From Marsupella aquatica (taxonomy: Eukaryota > Plantae > Marchantiophyta): 64,000 nucleotides of DNA. How positions within the stretch are numbered: the stretch's first letter is position 1; each line of letters starts with the position of its first letter. A model generated the notes under the pieces. That model did not search any database. It worked only from the letters and a program-made list of their open reading frames with translations, and was not told where the DNA came from. The stretch is taken from assembly GCA_973895155.1 (NCBI GenBank), contig OZ316897.1, positions 5,965,327-6,029,326 on the forward strand, read 5' to 3'. The translations under genes and the position numbers were made by a program. Below are positions 24,686 to 38,700 of the stretch, in pieces.

Positions 24686-27600
24686 TATTGTGGAATGGCT
24701 CGATATAGGTTTATGTAAGAAACTTGTCATTTTTTTTTGCTTTTTGAACAAGGAATAGTAAGAAAGACGTTTTAAGTGCTATCGGAGTAACTAGGTTTTA
24801 GGAACTTAAGTAGGTAGAATAGGAAAGATAGTGGAATGGAAGGTTACTGAGTTCTAAGCAAGTGACAAGGGATAAGAAAGGTCTTTATGATGGGGCATAC
24901 AACATTCCGTCCTTATTTAGAAGAGGCGACTATTCCGAGCTGGAGAAACAACCCGACACTTGAAGTCTTAGTTTTGGTTCATATTTTTCCCATAGATGCT
25001 AGGAGGTCCCTAGATCACCCCTAAAAAGTTAGATGTCAAGTGGGGTCTCAACCTAGGGTTTCCTTGTGTTTTGGTATGACTTAAATTAACAAAATAGCAG
25101 GTCCCGGGAAAAATAGCTGATGAGTAAATTTAGGAGTTCCAAGTTTGGAAGTGGGTTAAATATGGTCCACTCTATCCCTGGAAACTTGTGGTAGAAGCTG
25201 AGTATCTTTGGTTACTTTTTGGGAGCATCTCAAAGGTGAGAAGAATGTTGGAAAACATAATAATTGACCCACTTTACCTAATTTAAAAAAATTGGTGATA
25301 AGGTTTTGTTTAGATATTAGTAAACCAGAACATATTCCTATGTCCAGAGAATATGTATATATACTAAGAAGTCATTTGTGACTCATGTGTGATTTTTGGG
25401 GGCGGTCCAAAATGGCCTGGAAATACTGTTTTCCCAACAAAAAAATCCGAAATTTTTCTAAGTGTCAACCGCGTTAGCGGCGACCACGACTTAAGCACGA
25501 GGCCGGGGTGACCCAAGCACGAGGTCAGGAACACCATAAGGATCAATACATGATATGCTTGCTTCGAATTGGGATCAAGAGGCAACTACGAAATTGAATT
25601 GAGCTGCTATAGCTTCAGGCATGGGATGCTGATCAGAATTGGCTGGCTGCCTCGATGCTGCTGATTGGAATAGAGCTACTTGCTATGGAGAATAGGCTGC
25701 TGCTGATCAAGAGCTAGTTGGCTAGCTATGAGCTATGGTGGGCTATGAAATTGAAGGGCTGGCAGCTGATCAGACTTACAGCTGCACCAGAATTAGAAGA
25801 GCTAGCTTCAAGCACGAGATGTTGAGTGTTGGCTGATTAGTAAGTATGCTGCAAGCTCAATAGTGTTGCTGCTCTGCTAGCTACGAAGTTGAGAAGGGTG
25901 AGCTATGGCCGGCTGCTGGAGAATAGAGCTAGGCTGCTAGCAAATTGATTGAATGTAGTAGCAAACGGACCAGCTGCAAGGAAGGAATTAAGAGGGCTAG
26001 CTGCGAATTGGTGGGCTATGGCTGTTGCAAAATTCTGCTGCGATTTTGAATCACTTGCAAGGCTGGATGGCTATGGAGGTGGACTGAGAAGGGTGCTGCA
26101 AACCTGGTTGAGTTGTAGATTGACCTGCTGCCATTCGAATCCAACAGAGAATGATGCACTTTCAGATTGAATTCAAGAGAGAGGAAAATGGCTGCAAAAA
26201 TTGATGTCCTTATCAAATTCTTCATAAGAAACGTGAGTATAATGAGAGTATTCTCCCCTGGTGACACTTGGAATCTCCATAAGGGGCGTGTAAGGTAAGT
26301 GTAATCGGGTCGCCGCTTACACCCGCTTTACACCAAAACCAGGCCTTGGGAGAATGGGCATAACTTTGGCTAGGGGTATCCGTTGGGGCCCAAATTTTTT
26401 TGTGCTGAGTTAGGGGAAGGTAAGGCACCCCTTGGTGAAGGTGGAACCCAGAAAAAGAGTCACTCAAATATATTTTTAGCCGAGGCCATGAGGGGGTCCC
26501 GATAGCTTGTAAACCAAAGTCGGCATAGGGGAATGACTACCAGATTTAGGGGCTGACCTTTCTTGCACCCATACTACTTTAGTTAGGCTCTAGGGAAGGG
26601 TACTTACCTTTGTTCAAAGGTGTAAGGCCATCATGTTAAGAAAAGTAAGTATAGGGGGTAGTTTACTTAGGGTAGTTAGTAAAATAAGGCCATCCTTGAC
26701 TAGGCACAACTTGAGACTCACTCACTCTTTTTGTGAGATTTCAAGTGGGTTGGGAAGCTGGTGAGAAGGACCATAAGTGGGAGCAGGTTTGGAGGTCAAA
26801 GCATGCAACTCATGTGTGGCATATTCCAGGGCTTGGAAGGAGTCCAAACAATAGGTTGTAGGGTGGACTACGAACTATAGAGTTGGACTTTGTGTGTTAG
26901 GAGGACTTGGGGGAGGAGTAGTTGGACCCCAGGTCAAGCTTGGTGTGGTGTGGAAGGAGAATAGTATATAAGGAGTAAGTTTTCATTTGTTAGGGACCGG
27001 GAGTCTCATCTCTTAAGTGGAATCTCTACCTTGCCAAGGTAGGGCTAAGCTTGAGAAGGGAGAGGTGGTCCATGCTTAGTGTGGAGAATGTGTAGTGAAC
27101 TTTTGTTGTAAAGGTGATACAATAAAATGAGACTTGTCAATCTTCATTGTGACCATTAAGTGTGAGTGCATTTGAAGTGTATGGGAGCAAGAGAAGAGTC
27201 CATGCTATGGTGTAATCTTGGTCTAAGCTCAAAGGGGATATGCTAGTACAAAACCAAGGCCAAGGAGGCAAGGTTAAGGTAGAGCACTACTTTGAGACTT
27301 AGAGAGGATTATAGCTTGAGGGTGGAAAGTACTTTGCTTGGTGCGTGACCGTGTTAACAAAAAGTAAGTACAAGAGGAAGAGTCTTTAGATAGAGGAGCC
27401 TTCTCTAGAGCTCAAAGGGGATGTGTGGACCCAAACCAAGGCCAGGGGGCAAGGTTGAGGGGTAACACTACTTTGAGGGTCTTGAAGAGACTTAAGCTTG
27501 AAGAGGAAAGTACTTTGGGTTCTTGGGTGTTTGTGTGAGAATCTACTCTAAGGTGACAACTTGGAGCGGAGATCCCCCTTGCTGATCCTTGGAGTAGAGG

Positions 27601-27809
27601 AGAGGGGAAGGGTGTGAGTACAAAAGTAGTCAAGGAGACTACCTCTCTAGAAGTGGAGAGTTGAAACTACTTATGTATGGAGTGATTAGACATTGTAGAC
27701 ACATTTCAGAAGTTTTGTCAATCCTTTGTGACCTGGTATGATATGGAGCATGTATTAGGTAGTCTTTTGGGGAGAAAAACCGCTTAAGCTCCTTGACAAG
27801 TGTTTGACA
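24686..27809 (+). mobile_element. ~3.1-kb insertion, probable solo LTR
   Basis: absent from A copy 1 (empty site gcgatcggtcc at ~16521); T(A)TTG...GACA ends; TATATAAG at ~26966; ~185-bp tandem duplication at 27227-27520; TSD imperfect. Confidence 0.65.
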
Positions 27810-28421
27810 TCGATCCTTACCCCTCCCTGACTGGTCTTTCTTCCCGTTAGTTACCTATAGCCGCCGGCACTTAGCGCGCCCTAACCCTAATCGTGTTCCC
27901 TCCCCCTGCATTTTTACTTCCGGCCTCGGCTCGGGTTCCATAGCCACCCTTAATTGTTTATATTTTCCGTCTTTTTGCTACTACACTAATGTGTTTCCAG
28001 GGTTTACTCCTTATTTTATCATTTAAACTGGCCTAGTGATTCCTGGCTAGGCATCACAAGCCCTCCAACTCTGACATTGCAGCAGCTACAATGATGCAAG
28101 CAAAGAAAGATTCAAATGGGCTATGGACAGAGAAGAGGATGTGCAAGGACTAGAGGCCACTCAATCTGGTCACACCTCAAGACAGGTACCCCATGCCTAT
28201 CGCTGAAGAGCTCTTTGACTCCATTGGAGATTCTTACATTTACCCTTGTAGACTTGTGGCAAGGCTTCAACCAGATCATTATTCGGGCTGAGGACCGTAA
28301 GAAGACAACTTTTCATGGGAGCAATCGACTGTGGGAATGGCTGGTGATGCCATTTGGACTGAAGAATGCACCAGTCTTCTTTCAACGGGTGATGGAGTAC
28401 TAGAAGGTGTTGATTTCCTGA

Positions 28422-28716
28422 GAGACTTTACACCGTGCCAGGAAACAGGAAAATGATTTCCTAATATGAGCAAAATTTTGCTGTTACGAGCAAAAATGAG
28501 ATATAAAAAATTTCACATAAAAATGCAAAATTTTCAAAATATTTTTAAAAACGATCATTTTTGGCTAGCGCCAGGCGCTACTATTACTAGCTTGGGGCGC
28601 TAGTAAAAAAATGTCAAAAATACAAAGCAAAAAAAAAAAAAAAAATTCCAAAAAAAATTCCAAAAAAATTCTCACCCATTTGCTGTTTACTGTTTCCTGG
28701 CACGGTGGTTATACCC
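28422..28716 (+). mobile_element. MITE family M (8-bp TSD, MULE- or hAT-like), copy 1
   Basis: TSD tttcctga; inner TIR caccgtgccaggaaacag; removing it restores RT sequence EGVDFLKCYIDD. Confidence 0.9.
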
Positions 28717-29052
28717 TTTCCTGAAATGCTATATTGATGATGTGTTAGTTCATAGCAAGGGTTTTGAGCAACACTTATTACATCTTGAGGAGTTGTTCAG
28801 GAGGCTGAGAAATGTTAATATGAAGATTCATCCCAAGAAGTGTGAGTTTGTTGTTACCTCAGTGGTTTACATTGGGCATCGAATCATTCCAAATGGCACT
28901 ATGGCTCATTGGGCTAAAGTGGTGTCTATTCTTGAGATGCCCAAGTCTACTCATACTCACTCTTTGAGAAGATTCATTGGTCTATGTAATTACTACAACA
29001 TTTACATCCAGGACTTTAGCATCATTGCTCACCCATTGTACGTTTTGCTTAA

Positions 29053-29208
29053 AGGGCCACTGTCCGTGACAAAACCTGGTTACACCAGGTTTCACCATTT
29101 TTAGTACCCTGTTCCTGAGATTATGGAGCAAAGTCTCATGCTAGAGGAGAGAAATGTGAAAAAGTGAAGAGTCTTGGACACTTCTCCTTTTATATGGATA
29201 GTGGTGGT
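29053..29208. mobile_element. 156-bp MITE with TTAA/TAA TSD (PIF/Harbinger- or piggyBac-like)
   Basis: flanked by ttaa; weak TIR ccactgtcc/ggatagtgg; removing it restores VLLKKDVTWKW. Confidence 0.7.
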
Positions 29209-29699
29209 TTAAGAAGGATGTTACCTGGAAATGGACTGAAGACACCCAGGTGGCATTTGAGAGTTTGAAGAAAAAGTTATCAAGTTACCCTGTTCTCAGA
29301 AGGCCAGATTTCAGCAAAGCATTCATTTTGCATACTGATTTGGAGTGCTCTAGGTATTGGTCAGGGTATTGGTGCCATTCTGGGTTAATCTGATGGGGAT
29401 GGGCTGGAGTAAGTCCTCCACACATTTGAGGATTGGCTATGACTCTTTAGATGCTCCCAGCACATCATGGCATGGTGCTGGTTTTCATATGTACTACTCA
29501 CTCTAAATGCTACATATGTATTGATACAGGGGTTTACTTTCATGCCCCAACATTTCTTCATCTTGGTTTTAGTGGACAACCACATATTATCTTTCTGGTT
29601 TTCTATTTTGTTGTGTTACTTGGATGCATATTGTACATGTCTTGATATCTTATGCTACCGACTCTATGTGTGAAGACAAAGACAACCTCAAACCAAGCT

Positions 29700-31680
29700 G
29701 GAAACTTTTTATTATCTTCATGCTTTCAAACTTTCAAATACTCTTTTGGTTTTTTGGGTTTACAACATTTTTGAAGTCAACTTAGGCAACTCTTCTGTCG
29801 TCTTTTCTTCATCTGGGGTCTCTGACTTGGCTCAGGTCAGGTCTTAAGGTCAGGTTCAATCAGATTTATCCAAGTCCACACATCTGATCACTGATTGTTT
29901 CCCCAAGGCAATTGCTTCGTCACTCGCTTCTTTTGACTCGGCATCCTCTTTCTCCTCCTTATGCACCTCATACTTTCTTCCCTCTTGTCCCTTCAGTTTA
30001 GCTTCTCAATCCCAAAGGTGAATAAACTTCCTCCCGGCCATTCTGCTCTTTCTCCTTCCTGGCTTCCTCTAATTAAATTAAATGCTCCAAGTTAATTATC
30101 CGTTCCTATCCCTAACTCACTTTCTATAGGTATAATTATTTTCTCCTCTTTAAGAAGCTAACCTCCTTACAAGCATTCCTTTCAGCTTTTTCTTCTTTCT
30201 CCTCCCTGATTTCTCTTAGTTAATTTAGTGTAGTAATTTAACATACGATCCTGATTTCCTTTCTTAGCCGTATCATAGAATCATTCTTGAGCTCGCTAGC
30301 ACCCTTCACTAAAAACTTCTGAACTTCCTAGCTTGAATATTTCAACTCTTAATCATACTTGTCTCTCCGCCAAGCACATTGGCTTCCCTCCTCCAACCTC
30401 GTTTTTCAAACTTGACTCGGTCACAAAAAAATCACACATTCCCTCTCAGTTTATTGTGAACACGTCACCTTGTTGTCCACACGTAAGTTATATTTTTCAA
30501 GTTCCATAGCCATAGTTCAGTTTTCAGCATGTCCCAGCTCTCTGTCTTCGTTCCCTTTCTTCAATCCTGCACAAGAGCCTCTTCATACTACCTTTGTCTT
30601 CCGTTGCAGGTCTCCCTTGACTCTTCTTCTTCACTTAAAATAAAATTCCCTCACAGTGGCTGAGACTCTATCGTCCCAATCAATGCACTTCATTTAAGTG
30701 AATTTTCTCCGTTTCCTACTCTCAACAATTGAGCTCTCCTCATCTCCCATGTTCTGTGAAAAAGAATAAAATCTCCCTGTCATGCATCATCCCCTTCCAT
30801 TCTCCGATCCCTTGCCTCTCACAGAAAACCTTCTACACTCCACGCAATGCGGTTCTCTTCCTGTCCGTTCAGCCGTAAATCTTCTTGCTACCTTTGCCCT
30901 CCAGTTCCCTCTGATCTCGCATCTCAATCCTAACCACACCCAAGGAAAAATTACTCCTCAGCATCTCAATCCTGAATCAAATACTGAAGCCGCCATCGCC
31001 CTTCGCTCCTCAACATTCAAACCTCTCATCCATAACAAAATCCACCACTCTAATCCTCAATTTTGACTTCAATTCCCTTTGCCTTCGATTCCCCTGGATC
31101 TTCTTTCTCCCAACAAGATGTCTTCTATAGATCAGTCTCTGCAGCGTGATGTAATCCTGAATTAATCATAAGCCCGAAGCAGCCATTGCCCTTTGTTTCT
31201 TTAGCACTCAATTTTCTCTCAAAAATTCGCCACACCACACTTCTCCTTGCACAATGCACCATGCATAACCTCCATCCCGATCAAACCGTTCCACCTCCCA
31301 ACAGCCGGGAAATTTCATAACGCCCTCGCCCTTCATTTTCCCAGCATCTGATCTCCTTCGATGCCACTTTCTGAAAAACAAAAACTCTAACTCCCCTCTT
31401 CAAACACCCAACATTCTGCTCCACTTCTCCCTTCCTCCTGAACTCAAAACAACGTGCACATAACTATTTGAAAACTGCCCCTTATGCCCAAGTAACTCAC
31501 ATCTTGCCACGTGTTGCATCCAGGTAAATCCCTCAAAAAATCTCTTCATCCTTCCATCCATCTTGGCTTTCCTCCATTTTTCTCCCCAACCTAGTAAAGC
31601 AATCTCCAAAGATGAATCCAAGGCAAGTCTACCCAAATCAGCATAGCCCGCTTCACTCAAAAATTCATTACCTGACAACA
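29700..31680 (-). mobile_element. CCGG-site TGT..ACA element, copy 3 (distal end not found)
   Basis: minus-strand start tcgg|tgttgtcagg...gaagcgggctatgc matches ccgg|tgtcgtcggg...gaagtggagtatgc; RMAGR..LWD block at ~29880-30045. Confidence 0.7.
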
Positions 31681-32911
31681 CCGAGAAGGACTGGTCTTAG
31701 CCGAAGACAATTGATCCTGTTTGAGTCATTGGGGATTTCAATGCACAGATTCAGGATCAACAGATTCTTTGTACTCTCAATACAGGATCAATCTATCCTC
31801 TATCAAACTAAGGACCCAAAGAGTCCTCAAAGATGTTCCAAACCTCCTCTCCATTCTCTATCAATTGCTAAGATAAATCTACCAAGTTGCTGAGGGGGTA
31901 AACTAAACAATGCATACAAATCTTTCACCAAGATCTGAGATGCCAATCTTACACCCTTGTAGAACTTGCAAAGCAATGAAAACATGGTATTTATTCTCTA
32001 TTTATTCTCTATTTATTCCAGAATGAGACTGCTATATGGTGAATCCATCTTCCAGTATTTTGTCTTATTCAAATTTCTTTTCTTGTGTATTTTAATTCAA
32101 TGTGTCTTACCAAGGTGCATCCCTTGTATACTTTAGATTTTGAATTTAATCTGGCACCCCTCTAAATTTTTCAATCTTTGATATACTTTTGATCATCCGC
32201 CTTTTAACAAAGCTCACGGAAGTTCTAGCCCTTAGTGAAGAAATGATCTAATTAAAGTGCACTCCTCATGTCTTTAAGTTCTACTCATGATTTTGTATCC
32301 TAAATTTATGGTTTTAATTCATTTGAGTGTCATTACCTAAGATAAGTACATAAGTATCTTTACTGGTGTATAGTATGTGAAGAACCCAATACCATAGACT
32401 TAAATTTTTCCTGTTCATTATTACTTTTCTTTACATGTGTACTTTTATTCTTGTACCTTATCATGTGCACAACTTTTCAATGTCACGCTTCCTAATCAAT
32501 GTCCTATTTATATTTGCCACAAAAAATAGATCACCTGTATTTCACTAAAAAACTTAAACTTTTTGCTAGAGGACAAAATAACTTTTCATGTTCCAGGATG
32601 AGTATGCTATATCTATACTTGAGCTATCACAGAGCTGGCAAATCTATTTAGAGTTTAGGGTTTATTCAGGTTGTTATTCAGGTCCTTAAACAGGTTTATT
32701 CAGGCTGTTGAAGGACCCTCCATGTTCTTTCTTGCTTCTGCTGGAGGGCTGTTGCCTTGACGGAGAGTGAGATGGCATGTCATGTTGTTTCTGTCCTTTT
32801 GGACTTTTTGGGTTCTTTTTCATTCTGACCTGTCACGTTCACGTGGAATATATTCCTTTTTTTATTAAAAATAATAACAAAAAGAACTTCCTTTTCCACC
32901 AGATTCAAAAC

Positions 32912-32932
32912 TGTGTGTGTGTGTGTGTGTGT
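32912..32932. repeat. (TG)10 microsatellite
   Basis: read directly from sequence. Confidence 0.9.
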
Positions 32933-35737
32933 TTCTAAATGTTCCAAATGATCTGAGAGAGAGTAAAAATGGGTGTGGGTTATTCCATAGATGGTACACT
33001 ACTTATAGTGGATCATTCTATGTTAGAGTCACTTAAGCTCATGTTTGATGTGACATGCTCACTAGATCAATCAAACAATCCTCCTCAAAACATCAAAAAT
33101 GAAAACCAAATCCCAAAACTTTGCATGAAGGTGCCTCAACTCTCTCTTGCTAGTACATAGCTTTTTGTGAAACGGTTATGAAGAGGAACAACACTCAAAG
33201 GCTCTCTTAATGAGCCTTTACATGCCCCCCTGCAGGTTGTTGGCTGCAACAAACTAAGATGAAAGTTGGAAACTTGCACAAAGAGGTAACGAAATTGCAT
33301 TTGTGAAATCAAATCTTAATTTGCCTCTAGCTCCCTGGATTAAACTCCATATTTTCAGTTTCTTATAGCAATATTGAATGTGCATTATTTAGAGCTTTCC
33401 AAGCATGCTAAAAAGCTCTGATTTGCATTGAGCAGTTCAACAGTTTTGAAAATAATACTCCTCCAGTGTGCTCATAATTGCAACACAAGCATTGACGATG
33501 ACATTTGCAGCACATTTTCCCCACAGAAATTGATCTCTCTTTATTCATCAAAGTCTTTTACAATCTGTGCTTGATTCTATAATCATCAACGGATGGAATC
33601 CCTTAAAGGCAGTAGTCCTGAATAATATGTATGTAGTATCTAAAGTGTGTGCACATGTGAAAACCAGTACCATGCCGTGAGGTGCTGGGAACATCTAAAG
33701 AGTCAATTAATCCTCCAAGTGTGGGTGCCATGGAGTATACTGCCATAGCCAACTGCTTGCAAAGCTAAGCTAACATTCAAGATAACCCAACTGAATGTAT
33801 CGTGGGCTAAGTATGCTGCCCCAGAGTGCTCATAACAAAGCCTACTTGCTTCAAGAATAACCAGGGCTTGCTACAAGAACATGGCTCCATGTATAGTGAG
33901 GGAAATTCTTGCTTTTAAAACACCAAGTATAACTACTCTAGTTAGCATCTATACTATCTCAATGATGAACCTAAAGTACCATAATATCCTAGCGGGCATC
34001 CGGAGGAGGGCATGGTGATGGGGGATGACAAACATGTACTCCCGCATGACAAATCTTGATATAAGATGATTTTTATGTGTATACATTTAAAGGGACAAAT
34101 CATGTCTTATGCCCGCTTTAGTCTATGTTCATTGACAATAATACACATTTGGAGAGCACAGTCTGGGCCCATTTCTAGGCCCCATCAGAACAACTGGACA
34201 AGGTTCAGCCAATAAACAGCTGAGTCATTGTGACCAAAGCTTGTTTGGTCACAGACAGATGTGCTTTGTTTGCAATAATTGCATCATGTGATATCAGATT
34301 TTTGCTCCCTTTCAGCAACTGGTTTAGCCTTTGTGACTAAAAAAGCTTTGGTCCCAAACCTACTGTTGTTCTGATTTGTACAGATCAGAATTATAGGAAC
34401 AACCTATTTGAGTTGAGCTATCATGTTATGGTCCCAATATCTTGGAGGGCTCAATGATAGCCTATAGAGATGGATTTCTAAGGAGCAAGGACTCGAGAGG
34501 CCAATGCATTTTATAAAGTATAGCATTCAACAGTCGTAGGTGGATTGCAGGTATAGGATTGATTCACACATGGAGGGTCTTTGGTTTGTTTTGATCATAG
34601 GTCTACTGTCTGTCTTCCCTTGAGGTTTAGCTTGATCTCCCGGATGGCCAGTCCTCTTTATATCCATCTCAAATTACAATGTGAACAACGGCTATCTACT
34701 TGTTACTATCTTTGTTTCAATCTTCTACTACACCCGTGAATGTGAGCAACAGCTGACCTTCCCATATCTCCTTACTATCTCTGTTTCATTCTTCTACTAC
34801 ACCTAGGCCAATTGGCTGTCACGGCTAAATCAAGCTGGTCAAAGGCAGACAATGTCCCACCTGGGTTTCTCTAAACTTTCTAGTGTTGAGATGGATTCTA
34901 AACCTTCTCAAGTAGACAATCAAAACGCTCTTCAGTTTCTTGAACCTCTCCAAGTTACATTCAGACCAACGAAATTGCAACACATTTTCTGTTGGGCGAT
35001 GACCTCAGTAGACCTGCTATGTTATATTAGTCCAGAGGGTTGTACAAAAGTGATAGGTTAAAATCTGCCAAAATTCCTGGACCAAAAACGACTTCGTTCT
35101 CACAGAGGGGTTTCTCAGTATGGGCCTTTAAAAATCAAATCGCCTCAACTCGAGACTATGCTCACCGTATGAATGACCCCCGCGTTAACCTCTCGTTCTT
35201 TTTGTGGACATAAGCTAAACCAAAGTAGAGAAGTCCGCTAGATAACTGTCACTCTGATTTACTTGGTACACGGATGTACGAACTCGACCCAACAAATTCA
35301 CACAAGTTGTTCTAGTCCATGTTCGGTTAAACTTGTTTGAATGTGACGATCACCAGTAAATATAAGTTTTACAGATACCACACAAATAAGTTATTTTCGT
35401 CCTGACATCCATTGGCAGGTTATTATAATTTACAGAAAATTAATTCATAGATCTAGTGACTCAATCAGGTACTGATCATCACGTGCTATGAACTCCAACT
35501 TTTCCAGTCGTCCTAACAGACTTGACTTGCTACAAAGCTGGGGATGATAACCAACAAAGGATGGAACAAACCCAAGCAATGTAGGTGCTATTGCAGACCA
35601 TCAGACAACCAATCAAAAAGCCCTGAGATTCACCAAGGTCTATTCTCTACAATATCACACTGTCTGGTTTAAAAGTGATGGCTCCCGAGACAGTTGCCAG
35701 CGCCAGTTTGCAAATCAGACACAATGAAGGCAATACA

Positions 35738-38700
35738 TTAAGATGTAACACCCATCCAAAACCAATGGCCAGGGCGGGAACCCAGAGGAGATACACCCTC
35801 ACTGTCCACGATTGAAGGTTCTGCACCCTTCTTCACAAGATACTGCGCAATTTCCTCTCGCTCACAAGTTGTTGCATAATGAAGAGGAGTCTGCCCCTCT
35901 GAATCCTGCATGTTGTGCAACAATCTGCTGTTTAACCACCCAAACTGACATAACGAACCCTCTTGAAGAAATTTTTATGCAGTCTACTGAAAATAACGCG
36001 ATGAAGATCCCTGATACACACTTATGCAGAGGTACATGCGTCCAAGGTGAGCCCATAAGAATTGTCGAGTTTGACAACAGGTTACAGAGGACTCGGCAGA
36101 ATCAGTAATGTGTATGGCGACATCTAGCTGACAAGGCTAGAATCCCGTAAAAAAGTTAGAAATCACAAAGAAACAATAAACTGAAAATCCCAGACAGCAA
36201 CACAAGCAGTGCCACCAGGATAACTTCCCTTCCAAAATACGGAATCCAATAAAAAGAGGAGAGCCCTGACAAATGACGCATGATAACTGTAGCCTAGGAT
36301 TTTGCGAACATATCAAGCAAGGAAAAACCCCACTGGTATCTGTGAAACAAGACTGCCACGTTGTTCCAATTTCTCTGTAGGCATAATTTAAAAGGTAACT
36401 CTAACCTTTGCATTTATCTGTGCGCCTTTTGTAATGAGGAGCTCAACAGCCTGTAAATGACCACGATCTACCGCCCAGTGTAATGCGGTACGCCCATCGC
36501 TATCTGCATATTCAGCACGTGATGAAGGTACAAACAAATGTACAACTTCCCCAGAGATAAAAGTGATTGCCCACTCCAGAAGGATAGCGCCCTACCCACA
36601 TCAATCGTAGTAAGGTCTTATATTTGGTAGTCTGATTGGGACGTAGCATTACCTTACCTGTCTTTCTGGTCCTGTCTGTAGAGCTAGCCACTTCCTACTT
36701 TTCCACTCCTTTGGTTGTGTATAATGTAAACTTCCACATGGATCTCACCTCGTTATAATGCTCTTCAGAATGATATGGATTCTTCGATCACTTCACTTGT
36801 GAGCTATCCTTCAGTCTGACCCTCACTACCTTTCCAGATCCTCAGTACCCAGTACAGTCCGCACACAAAGTGCCCAACTCTACATCATAAAGCACCTATG
36901 CCAACGTCGTACCCGTCGAACTTGCGCCCAACGTAGAGAAAGATCATCCGACGACCCCCCTGAAAATGATTTCGTGTCCAAAGGCCGTAATTTACAGAGC
37001 TGCTCAAGAAACCACGATGGGAACGAAAGATGACATTGAATACGACGAGAGACATTCCGTGCCTAAGAAAGCCTATGAATGTGACTTTGGACTCGGGTCC
37101 ATCCTTGACCCTTCGTCTCTTTTAAAAATGGGTTCCCTGGTGGCTTACCCAGCTTCGTAGCTTCAGAGCACCCAGAGAGTGACTGACCTTGTACTATATT
37201 CGTTCCTAGTTTTGAGATTACCTCGAGAGACGGCAGATATTATCCTTGGAAAGGTGCCTTGACCTAAAATGGCATACACCCCAAAAGCCTTTGACAGAGT
37301 CCCTATAAAAGTTATTGGAACCTCTATCTTAGTAGGACTTATAAACTCATTATACTAACAGTTGACGTGTGTACAGCGCTTAGATCTGGACTAAATAATA
37401 AATCTACAACAATTCAAAGCAGTGCTGCAACAAGAGCAAGGAGATGTGTCAATACAACCAGAAGAATGACCAAAGCGGATCCTTCAATAGGGACTTGGCA
37501 AGCTTGATGTTCTCAGACACGCAATAGAAGAACTTGCAATATACTCAAAGTTCACTGGTAAAGTAAACTCTGTGCTGTTACCGGCCCGGGGCAAGGGGTA
37601 TTCAGTTGCCGAGATCCCGTTTGCTCTCAGCTTATTCAGCTGTTCAATGGAGCATGCCTCCATTGAACACTGGGCTTATTCCACGACCTGGCACTGAGAG
37701 ATCGTGGGTCTATTCTTCAGCATCTTGCCAAAAATTGCCCACCAGTGCGAGTCAATCATTCTTTGAATGCGTCTATTGTGGACAGCCTTGCTGTCTCCTA
37801 ATAGACATGTACCAAATAACTGCCAAATGGTGGTTAACAGAAAGTATCATGTACGATCTTCATACCCAATAGAATTGCAAAGTAGACGTACATATAGTAC
37901 ACGAGCACTCCCCACTAATTGTGATGTGGCTAAACGACCTTCTTCAGATACAGCGACTCAACTAAACCAATTAATTGTCCCAAGTTGCTGGCACTGGCTT
38001 CATTAACTAATTACATGACCATAATACTCCCAAAAACTATCGAGGACGCCAATCAGAAAGTGAAAGTATCCCCCTTGTATATGCTAACTGGTAAAAACAT
38101 AGTGCATATGATTACTTTATTAAGATGGGGATCTCCCACCCGCTCTTTTACTGCAGGGATGATGAAAAGTAGTAGTGCCGCAAATGCCAAACTGAAACGT
38201 GCACGTTTCTCACAATTACTTTCAGCAGACTGGAAAAGAAGTAAGCTTACCTTTACGGTCAACTGACGTGCCTTGCTCTATTTGTTGTTGCAAACCTGCC
38301 TGGTCACCTTCTCTGGCACATATATGAATGGTCTCCAGAAGTCTGCAAGATTACGTACTCGAGTGATGAAAATTTCATGAACACATGGCCACTTTCTATT
38401 TCAATACATGCTTTCAAAAGTAAAAATGATGGCAATTTTCTTCTCTGAGCCTTACAATACAGGTTCGTAGGACTGATTTTGAGGTAGATAATGAACTCGT
38501 TCAACCCTAAACCCTCCTCCCCAAAAAGCGTCGCCAAATAGTCCAACATGAAAGCAACTAGAGTCAAGCAGTCCAGCATTATAAAATGTCATTTCCCACT
38601 CAAATCGTACGTGATGAGCAGGTTGACTCATAGAACCTTTACATCCACGAGCAACAGAATGCCTACTCGAAGTAGATACTAAAAATATTCATTGGTCAAG

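Larger units (their letters stand above)
17814..28058 (-). mobile_element. Family A element, copy 2 (~4.73 kb net), with two nested inserts
   Basis: same termini as copy 1; perfect TSD agccc (17809-17813 / 28059-28063); host RT frame resumes after it. Confidence 0.9.
28064..29415 (+). pseudogene. Ty3/gypsy reverse transcriptase and RNase H start, segment 3
   Basis: DLWQGFNQI, KTTF, WLVMPFGLKNAPVFFQRVM, YIDD, FIGLCNYY and GIGAIL motifs; interrupted by two MITEs. Confidence 0.9.

Noticed and set aside
5186-28058. The two A copies as paired LTRs of one retrotransposon
   Set aside because: Each has its own distinct TSD, and the gag-pol between them continues outside both
33000-35700. Possible additional gene or ncRNA downstream of ACBP
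   Set aside because: No convincing exon chain or RNA-gene motif seen; only a short local duplication at ~34680-34810
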